This document shows, piece after piece, positions 38,341-45,866 of a DNA stretch of 52,196 bases. A program made the translations under genes and the position numbers. Origin of the DNA: Candidatus Saganbacteria bacterium CG08_land_8_20_14_0_20_45_16 (GTDB lineage Bacteria > Margulisbacteria > WOR-1 > O2-12-FULL-45-9); contig PEYM01000002.1 in the NCBI GenBank assembly GCA_002774365.1, positions 1 through 52,196 of the forward strand, written 5' to 3'. The notes below the pieces were generated by a model. That model made no database searches and had not been told where the DNA came from. It was given only the letters and a program-made list of their open reading frames with translations. How positions within the stretch are numbered: the stretch's first letter is position 1; each line of letters begins with the position of its first letter.

Positions 38341-39888
38341 TTAATAGACTACGACCAAATCTCCCTTTTTATTTAAAGCCGTAGGTTTTTTTTTGAGCTT
38401 ATTATATTCTTCGATAGTTGTAAAACAATACCCCTTTTTATTCTTCAAGAATATAACCAATTCTTTTTCTGTTTCCAAATAAATTATTGGCTTGGAGTTG
38501 TAGAAAACTATCCCCGGCCTATTGCCAACGTTATAAGCGGCGATGAGCGAGGCTCCGACAACCTCGCTTACGCGTTGTGCTAATTCTTTGGTTCCTTTAT
38601 ATTCTTCAACCGCGGGGAGGGTTTGGGTAGTCAAAATAGCGGTCATGACAAAAACCATGATAGGCAGGGTGACAAAGCTTAATTGATATTTTTTGAATAT
38701 GAAAAAAAGAATAGAGACCAAACTACCGCAGGCAATGATAGTGCCCAAAAGCTGAAGCTGCGGCATTAAGGCTTCGTATGATCCAGAATATTGCCGGCCT
38801 GCGATAGCTGCGGCGATAAAGACTAGGGCAACCACGATGGCTAGTCCAATGTTTGAAATTAGCATGGCGTGGCGCTCGCTTTTCTGAAAATCAACCCAGA
38901 GCTTCCCAACCATAATAGCCAGAAAAGGATAGATTGGGAGGATGTAGTTCGGTAGTTTTGTTTTCGCGATTGAGAAAACTAGAAAAACAGGAATAATATA
39001 GCAAAGGGTCAGGATTGCTGGGTGGCTGGGTAGCTTGGTTGCTTGGGATCGGTTAGTTGCGGCTTTCCAGGTTTTAACAAGTGCATACGGAATAAAATGT
39101 GACCAAGGGAAAAAGCCTAAGAGTAGTGCGGGGAGATAGTAGTACAGGGGGCCAGGGTGGCCAGAGACAACTCCTTGGAACCTTGAAAGAAAAAGAAAAC
39201 CAAGCACAAATTGGGTAAACTTTTCACCGTGCAAAACCCACTCAGCTGCATACCACGGCCCGCCAATCGCCAAAATTATTAGAAACCCTTGAAGCAACTG
39301 GAGTTCCTTGAGTTTTTTCAGCTCTTTGGTAAAAAGCAAAAATAGAAAAATAGCAAAGCCTGGCATGGCAATGGCAATAATTCCTTTGATGAGTGTTCCT
39401 AAAGCTAACCAGAAATACATTAGCTTATATTTTCCCTGCCAAAAACAGTAAAGACCAGCCGTGATAAAAAAGACCAGCAAGACATCAAGCTCCGCGATCC
39501 TTGATTGGATTAAAAACTGGAACGCGGTCATTAGAACTATGGCGGAGAGCAAGCCGACTTTCTTATTGTAAAAGACTTTGCCCAGGAGAAAAGTGGTGAT
39601 CACAGTTAAAACCCCAAAGATCGCGGCTGGCAGGCGGATTGCCCATTCGTTAAAGTCGATTAATATGGTAAACATTCTGGCGAGCCAAAAATAGAGTGGG
39701 GGTTTGTCAAAGATGATCTGGCTGTTAAAGTGCATCGTAATCCAGTCGCTAGTCAGCATAATTTGTTTGATAAACTCGCCATAGGTTGTCTCAGCCGCGT
39801 CATAGAGAGAAAAGCTGCCGAGTTTGAAAAAAAAGAGAAGGGCAGATGTAGCTATCAATATTAAGAGTAAATTTTTTGTTTTGTTCAT
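38341..39888 (-). CDS. ArnT-family (GT83) glycosyltransferase
   Basis: D..E..Y, FDKPPLYFW, KG and KLPNYILP motifs. In-frame octamer array at 39013-39044. Confidence 0.88.
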   Translation of the reverse strand: MNKTKNLLLILIATSALLFFFKLGSFSLYDAAETTYGEFIKQIMLTSDWITMHFNSQIIFDKPPLYFWLARMFTILIDFNEWAIRLPAAIFGVLTVITTFLLGKVFYNKKVGLLSAIVLMTAFQFLIQSRIAELDVLLVFFITAGLYCFWQGKYKLMYFWLALGTLIKGIIAIAMPGFAIFLFLLFTKELKKLKELQLLQGFLIILAIGGPWYAAEWVLHGEKFTQFVLGFLFLSRFQGVVSGHPGPLYYYLPALLLGFFPWSHFIPYALVKTWKAATNRSQATKLPSHPAILTLCYIIPVFLVFSIAKTKLPNYILPIYPFLAIMVGKLWVDFQKSERHAMLISNIGLAIVVALVFIAAAIAGRQYSGSYEALMPQLQLLGTIIACGSLVSILFFIFKKYQLSFVTLPIMVFVMTAILTTQTLPAVEEYKGTKELAQRVSEVVGASLIAAYNVGNRPGIVFYNSKPIIYLETEKELVIFLKNKKGYCFTTIEEYNKLKKKPTALNKKGDLVVVY

Positions 39889-39895
39889 TATTGCT

Positions 39896-40774
39896 TTAGT
39901 AGGTGAGGGGCTTTGAGCTTACCATCCTCTTTGTTTCATACTCATTCAAAAACATCCACCAATGATCTGGGTTTTGTTTGATGAACTCTTCAAAAACAGC
40001 AGCCACCGCTTGCATGGATTCCTGACGGTTCTCCTTGTTGACTTTTATGGGCTGATGAATTTGTACTATGTTTTTTCTGCCAGTACGTTTGACTAAGAAG
40101 GGGACAACGGGGGCGCCCGAGCGTTGGGCTAGAGTGACCCAACCCGTGGCCACTGGCATGGATTTGCCTAAAAACCGGAGATATTCATGTCGGCTCTCTA
40201 AAGCGCCAGTATCAGCCATCAGATAAATGATCTCGTTGTTAGCGAGCGCCTTGAGGCTCTCTTGGTACATATTTCCTTGGAGGATATTAACAAGCTTGGC
40301 GCCGCCGGCCTGGCGGCTCTGGTTGACCAGCTCAAAAATAGGGTCGTTGGTCGCGCGCAGGATGCCGGTCACTTTATAATCATGCGTTGGTAAAAGGCTG
40401 CCGGCCGCTTCGTAATTGCCTGCGTGGATGGTCAAAAGAATGACCCCTTTTTTTTCAGCTAGGGCTTGGTCTAAATGGTCCTTACCCTCAAAGGCAAAAA
40501 CTGGAGAGGAGTGTTCCTTTTTAAAAAAGGGGAAACAGAGCAGTTCAAAAGCAGAATAACTTACATTCTTGATCAGCTTGCTGGCGATCTGCTTGGCCGG
40601 GCTTTGGGGGAGCAGCAGTTTGATGTTGTTGATCACGCTTTTTTTAAGCGGGGTCATTTTTGCTATGGCTTGCAACAGCCAGGCTGAGCTGTACATGATC
40701 GAGAGGGCAACCCTGGCCGGTAGACGGAAAACAAGTGAGAAGAAGCCCTGCAATATTTTTAGGAGTAATATCAT
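39896..40774 (-). CDS. lipid A late acyltransferase (LpxL/HtrB family)
   Basis: KGVILLTIHAGNYE (HxxxxE), LA.RSGAPVVP and NPDHWW motifs; adjacent to msbA. Confidence 0.82.
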   Translation of the reverse strand: MILLLKILQGFFSLVFRLPARVALSIMYSSAWLLQAIAKMTPLKKSVINNIKLLLPQSPAKQIASKLIKNVSYSAFELLCFPFFKKEHSSPVFAFEGKDHLDQALAEKKGVILLTIHAGNYEAAGSLLPTHDYKVTGILRATNDPIFELVNQSRQAGGAKLVNILQGNMYQESLKALANNEIIYLMADTGALESRHEYLRFLGKSMPVATGWVTLAQRSGAPVVPFLVKRTGRKNIVQIHQPIKVNKENRQESMQAVAAVFEEFIKQNPDHWWMFLNEYETKRMVSSKPLTY

Positions 40775-42492
40775 GCCTTGTTATTAAATTGAATTGCGTA
40801 GAGATATTTATAGAGCCCGTCTTTTTGTAGCAGTTCTTGATGCGAGCCAATCTCCAAGATTTGTTTATTATCAATGACCACAATCCGATTAGCGTGCTCT
40901 ACGGCGTAAAGCCGGTGGGCAATAATAAAAGTCGTGCGGCCTTTCATTAGTCGTTCTAAGGCATCTCGGATCAAACTTTCGGTCTCTGCGTCAAGAGAAG
41001 AAGTGGCCTCGTCTAAAATTAAAATTCTGGGATCTCTTAGAATTGCCCTAGCAATTGCAACCCGCTGTCGCTCGCCACCAGAGAGCCGACTGCCGCGCTC
41101 TGCCACCTGCGTTTCATATTTTTTTGGCAAGCTGTTAATAAAGTCGTGAATATTGGCAAACTTGGCAGCCTCGATAATCTCTGCTTCGCTTGCGTTGGGC
41201 CGGCCATAAGCGATGTTGTCTTTAATGGTACCTGAAAAAAGCGCGATTTCTTGGGGGACCACGGCAATCTGCTTTCTAAGGCTCTCAAGCTTGGCTGTCT
41301 TAATATCTTGGCCATCAACTAATATCCTGCCGCTAGTTGGGTCGTAAAATCTGAGCAACAAGCTGGTGAGCGTGCTTTTGCCAGCCCCGGTCCGGCCAAC
41401 CAAGGCAATGATTTCGCCTGGCTTAACTTTTAGATTGATGTTTTGCAAGACTTCCTCATTCTCATAAGCAAAAGAGATGTTTTCAAAATTAATCTCTCCA
41501 TTTATCCTAGGGAGTTTCTTGGCTCCAGGTAAGTCAGCAATTGAGGGCTTAACATCCAAGACCTCAAAAATTCTCTTAGTTGAAGCCATGCCTTGTTGAA
41601 TAATACTGTACGCCTTGCTCAAAGTGTTACCTGGGTCAGTCATTATTCCTAGGGCCGTGGCAAAAGAGATAAGTTGAGGCAAGGACAAGCTGCCGCTGAT
41701 GATTTCTCGGCCGCCAAACCAGACAATCCCAACCACAGCAATGGTTTGCAAGAGCGCAATAACTGGATTTTGCGTGGCCAGGATCTGGACGGCTCGCATG
41801 CTAATGTCAAAGGATTTTTCGGTTTTACCTTTGAATTTTGCCAACTCTTCTTTTTCCATGGCAAATGACTTAACCGTCTTGACCTGAGAGATGGTTTCTT
41901 GCAGGTGAGAGGTGATGTCAGCGGCTTTTTGCTGGACCCCTTCGCTGATCTCTCGGATCTCTTTGGCAAAGATGCGGATTACTTGGACAATGAGGGGGAG
42001 GGCGACCAAGGTCAAAAGCGAGAGCTGCCAGTTTAGCCAAAAAATATAGCCCATCAGGCCGAGCAAGAGGAGCGAATGTGGGATCAGGGTGACAAAACCA
42101 GTAAAGAGGGTGGCTTGCAAGGTTTGGATATCGTTCATTACTCGCGAGACCAGTTCTCCGGTGTTCCATTTAGCATAGAAATCAAGAGAGAGATCTTGCA
42201 AATGTTCGTAGACTTGATTGCGCAGGTCAACGATGATCCTTTGGGCCACAAAATAAGACAAATATTCTTGGCCATATTGGAACAAGCCTTTAAGCACGAA
42301 CAAGCCAATCATCCCCAGGGCTGAAAGATTGAGCAGGAACATGTTTTTATCTTCAATCAATTGGAAGATATAGCCGACCAAGGGGGCAATCAAGAGGGTG
42401 GTGCTTGTAACCAATGCAGTACAAATGGTCCCGCCAATGATTTGGGAATAGTAGGGTTTGATGAATTTAAGCAATCTAGCGTATAATTTCAT
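40771..42492 (-). CDS. msbA: MsbA-like ABC exporter
   Basis: TMD plus NBD with GRTGAGKS, LSGGERQR and LDEATS; lipid A gene context. Confidence 0.82.
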   Translation of the reverse strand: MKLYARLLKFIKPYYSQIIGGTICTALVTSTTLLIAPLVGYIFQLIEDKNMFLLNLSALGMIGLFVLKGLFQYGQEYLSYFVAQRIIVDLRNQVYEHLQDLSLDFYAKWNTGELVSRVMNDIQTLQATLFTGFVTLIPHSLLLLGLMGYIFWLNWQLSLLTLVALPLIVQVIRIFAKEIREISEGVQQKAADITSHLQETISQVKTVKSFAMEKEELAKFKGKTEKSFDISMRAVQILATQNPVIALLQTIAVVGIVWFGGREIISGSLSLPQLISFATALGIMTDPGNTLSKAYSIIQQGMASTKRIFEVLDVKPSIADLPGAKKLPRINGEINFENISFAYENEEVLQNINLKVKPGEIIALVGRTGAGKSTLTSLLLRFYDPTSGRILVDGQDIKTAKLESLRKQIAVVPQEIALFSGTIKDNIAYGRPNASEAEIIEAAKFANIHDFINSLPKKYETQVAERGSRLSGGERQRVAIARAILRDPRILILDEATSSLDAETESLIRDALERLMKGRTTFIIAHRLYAVEHANRIVVIDNKQILEIGSHQELLQKDGLYKYLYAIQFNNKA

Positions 42493-43573
42493 TTATTTCC
42501 TCTGTGATTTTAGCGGCTGCGCCAGCTGCTCCCATGGTGGCTAGCAGCTCAGCAGACATCTTTTCCCTCTTTGGTTTATCTTTTAACAGAGCAATAACCT
42601 TATTAGCTACCTCTTGCGGATCTATTACACCTCGTATCTCTTCAACAATCTCCTGGTCTGCCTTGATATTAGGCAAAGCAAAAAAGCGGGTTTGTTTGTT
42701 CATTATCTCGGCAAACTTCTTTTTAAGCCTGATCCCAAAATAGGGGATTTTGGAAATATAGTGGGCAATCCCCTCAAGCGGGATAACGTCTATGTTGTCC
42801 AGCGGGAAAACCACCAGCATCGGGATCCCCCTGGCGGCTAGTCTGGCAGTATTTGTGCCTGGAATAGTAATAACCAGTTCTGAATTATGCGCTTCTTCAA
42901 ACGAGATCATCTTTGCCTCTGGAATTTCTATTGCCTTCTCAAATGGCGAATCAACAATTTGACATTTGACATTTTTAATTTGACATTTGATCTCTTGAAT
43001 TATTTTGGTATAGATCGGGGTAGTGTGCTTGATTTGCCAGGCACGGCTCCCAGGCATAAAAGTGATGACGTTTTCTTCCGGCTGCCATTTGGGCATGCTT
43101 GAGACTGAATCAACCATTAAATTGCCGACAATTTCCAGTTTGTCTTTGAGTAAACTGCGGCGGTCAAGCTTTTGTTGTGACTGAATGTCCGGGCAAAAGA
43201 ACTTTTTGTAAAAACCAACCCAGCCAATGTAATCCTGGACATAGGCGTAGGCCGGATATTTTAGTTTCTTAGCGATTAGAACGGCGTGGGCCAGGTCGCC
43301 GCCCAAAAAAAGAACTGTTCCCTGGCTGGAAAAATCAATTTTCGGCTTTTGGTTCTTGAGGATCCAGCTTTTGTATTCTTTTTGGGTAATGGTTTGGGTA
43401 ATACCCTTAATGGTCCTGATATATTCCAGCTCTTTGCCGCTGGTGTATTGGCAGGGGGTAAGGACTAGAAATATCCGTCTAGTAGGGTTCTGGGCATATA
43501 TTGTTTCAGCCACAGGCTTGGCTAAGGCTGAAAGTTCTCCAGGGCTATTAACGACGATAACAATATCAGGCAT
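42476..43573 (-). CDS. lipid-A-disaccharide synthase-like protein (LpxB-type)
   Basis: NSPGE, FLGGD, VGNLMVD, MPGSR, PGTNTA and ALPNI motifs. In-frame TTTGACA array at 42958-42992. Confidence 0.75.
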   Translation of the reverse strand: MPDIVIVVNSPGELSALAKPVAETIYAQNPTRRIFLVLTPCQYTSGKELEYIRTIKGITQTITQKEYKSWILKNQKPKIDFSSQGTVLFLGGDLAHAVLIAKKLKYPAYAYVQDYIGWVGFYKKFFCPDIQSQQKLDRRSLLKDKLEIVGNLMVDSVSSMPKWQPEENVITFMPGSRAWQIKHTTPIYTKIIQEIKCQIKNVKCQIVDSPFEKAIEIPEAKMISFEEAHNSELVITIPGTNTARLAARGIPMLVVFPLDNIDVIPLEGIAHYISKIPYFGIRLKKKFAEIMNKQTRFFALPNIKADQEIVEEIRGVIDPQEVANKVIALLKDKPKREKMSAELLATMGAAGAAAKITEEINEIIR

Positions 43574-43595
43574 AGCTTTTATTATATCGAAAAAC

Positions 43596-43626
43596 TGAAA
43601 TTTTAGCCAATAGCTAACGAGATAAA
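43596..43626 (+). promoter_or_regulatory. variant sigma-28-like motif TGAAATTT-N15-GAGATAAA
   Basis: Directly before ATG 43633. Confidence 0.45.
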
Positions 43627-43632
43627 GTTACA

Positions 43633-44226
43633 ATGCACAGGATAGTTAATTATAACCGACCTATTTTTGATCGAGGTTTGTCTAGTTGGCAAGCTCGTTT
43701 TAAAGGTTCTAGCAATCCACCTTTAGTGAGTTTGCGTAGGAGAAAGGCCGAGGTTGCTTCTTTTTTAAGAGCTATTCAAAACTATCGCCGAATGCCGATT
43801 GGAGCAGGAAAGTTTACTTCTGGGGTCAAGGGTGATTATAAGGTAAAAGCAAATGAACGTTTTGCGTTTATGGGGTATTTTGAATTCTTGACCGCGAAGG
43901 TTTATGCGTCTTGCCCCAAGTCCAAGCCCAATCCCATAAATGCGGAAATTAATCTTATTTTTTCCAAAGTGTTCGAGCTAATGGACGGCTTGCAAAAAAC
44001 AGTCTTTGATAAAGTCCTGCTGGATGTTTTCCTACTTGGATATGTGCTAGGAACTGACTCGACTAAACTTGATCGAGCCAGCGAGGAATACAGAGCTTTT
44101 GCTGCTAAAATGGACCCTGTTTGCCAAAAGCATAGTTGGGAGACGATCAGGGTGATGAAGCAAATTGATCACGAGCTTGACCGATTGCTTGCTTTGTTTG
44201 GTTTGACTGTTGATTCGAAGTTCTAA
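43633..44226 (+). CDS. orphan hypothetical protein (197 aa)
   Basis: Fills the gap between the LpxB-like gene and thrC on the opposite strand. Basic N-terminus, helical C-terminus. Confidence 0.65.
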   Translation: MHRIVNYNRPIFDRGLSSWQARFKGSSNPPLVSLRRRKAEVASFLRAIQNYRRMPIGAGKFTSGVKGDYKVKANERFAFMGYFEFLTAKVYASCPKSKPNPINAEINLIFSKVFELMDGLQKTVFDKVLLDVFLLGYVLGTDSTKLDRASEEYRAFAAKMDPVCQKHSWETIRVMKQIDHELDRLLALFGLTVDSKF

Positions 44227-45272
44227 TAGTCTAGTCTTTTTGCTACTTCAGCTGCCTTGCAGGGGATACGAGTTGGCTTTTCCCCATATTTAATAGCATT
44301 GTCAGGATCTTTTAAGCCGTGGCCAGTTAAAACACAAACCACAGTTGCGCCAACAGAAACTTTACCTGCTTTGACAGATTTTAGAAGTCCGGCCACAGAC
44401 GCAGCCGAGGCTGGTTCGCAGAAGATACCTTCTTTGGCGGCGATCATTTTGTATGCTTCAATAATTTCCTTGTCAGAGACCATATCAATAAAACCGCCAG
44501 AGTCTTGGGCCGCGGCTTCGGCCTGTTTCCAGCTCGCAGGATTGCCGATCCTAATCGCGGTGGCTAGTGTTTCCGGCTTTTCAATAATATGGCCGCGGAC
44601 AATTGGGGCGGCACCTTCAGCCTGAAAACCAATCATCTTGGGCAATTTATTGATCTTGCCTGCCTTTTTGTATTCAGTATAACCCTTCCAATAAGCCGTG
44701 ATGTTGCCGGCATTGCCAACTGGGATAGCGTGAAAGTCAGGCACTGCCTCAAGTTGATTGCAAATTTCAAAAGCCCCTGTTTTTTGCCCCTCAATTCTGA
44801 ATGGATTGATTGAGTTAACAATTTCAACTGGATATTTTTTCCCCATTTCACGAACAAGCTCGAGGGCTTGATCGAAATTACCATCAACCTCAAAAACCTT
44901 GGCCCCGTGCAGAATCGCTTGCGAAAGTTTGCCCAGGGCGATCTTACCCTTGGGAATAATGACAATGCAATCCATTCCAGCGCGAACAGAATAAGCCGCA
45001 GCCGAGGCCGAGGTGTTACCTGTAGAGGCGCAAATCACTGCCTTGCAACCTTTTTCCGCGGCTTTGGAAATTGCCAGGCACATCCCACGATCCTTGAATG
45101 AACCAGTTGGGTTGGCTCCTTCGTATTTAAGATAAACTTGGCAGTTAGTCAGCTTGGAAAGATGTTCAGCTGGGAGTAGTGGGGTGTTCCCCTCATAAAA
45201 AGTAACAATGGGGGTCTTTTCAGTAACAGGGAGATATTCTTGGTACTCTTTGACAACGCCTTGCCAATGCAT
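44223..45272 (-). CDS. thrC: threonine synthase
   Basis: NPTGSFKDRG, ASTGNTSAS, PVGNAGN and LTGHGLKD motifs. Confidence 0.96.
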   Translation of the reverse strand: MHWQGVVKEYQEYLPVTEKTPIVTFYEGNTPLLPAEHLSKLTNCQVYLKYEGANPTGSFKDRGMCLAISKAAEKGCKAVICASTGNTSASAAAYSVRAGMDCIVIIPKGKIALGKLSQAILHGAKVFEVDGNFDQALELVREMGKKYPVEIVNSINPFRIEGQKTGAFEICNQLEAVPDFHAIPVGNAGNITAYWKGYTEYKKAGKINKLPKMIGFQAEGAAPIVRGHIIEKPETLATAIRIGNPASWKQAEAAAQDSGGFIDMVSDKEIIEAYKMIAAKEGIFCEPASAASVAGLLKSVKAGKVSVGATVVCVLTGHGLKDPDNAIKYGEKPTRIPCKAAEVAKRLDY

Positions 45273-45301
45273 GGGGCAATTATAACATGAGGAATAAAAC
45301 T

Positions 45302-45778
45302 CTAAAAGCGAATATCTTTAGGGATTGGGATTTGGCCGGTAGCCTTGAGCGGGGCCGTAAGACCAAGTTCTAACAATTTAATCTCCAGTGTCCCTTCGAT
45401 CTGGTAAGTAAGCTCTTTTCCGCCTTTGGCCAAGGCGGCAAGAACTCCTAAGCTGGTGCCAAACAATTTATCATAGCTGATCATTACTGGGATGGTAATA
45501 ATTTTTTTGCTGTTAGCAGGGATATTAAAGCCGGGTTTAGTTTCGCTAATAAATTCCTGGTCATTGATAAATATCTTATATTGGTATTTGGTCAGGTCTA
45601 TGGCGAGTGAGTTGGGGTTTTCAACGGAAAAAAGAAAAGACAGCTCAAGTCCTTGCCGTGTGACCTTGCTAAGGTTATAGTTAATAAAATCCACCTTGGG
45701 TGGTTGTGGCTCAAAGCAACCGATCAAAGAAAGCCCAATAAAAGCCAACAGAAAAATGAGGAGCATTTTTTTGATCAT
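45302..45778 (-). CDS. LEA_2/WHy-domain lipoprotein
   Basis: Lipobox LIGC and V.NPN motif. ATG 45778 is preferred as the start. Confidence 0.8.
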   Translation of the reverse strand: MIKKMLLIFLLAFIGLSLIGCFEPQPPKVDFINYNLSKVTRQGLELSFLFSVENPNSLAIDLTKYQYKIFINDQEFISETKPGFNIPANSKKIITIPVMISYDKLFGTSLGVLAALAKGGKELTYQIEGTLEIKLLELGLTAPLKATGQIPIPKDIRF

Positions 45779-45866
45779 GCCATTGAATATAACAAATCTA
45801 GCTGGGAGATGCAAGAATAGCTAGCCTTGCCTGGAAAACCTGGGCTGCTCGTGATAAAATAAAACT

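Noticed and set aside
45815-45866. T-box or riboswitch leader before ileS (also proS, ahcY, pur genes)
   Set aside because: The intergenic regions are too short, and no T-box or SAH/purine aptamer pattern was recognisable.
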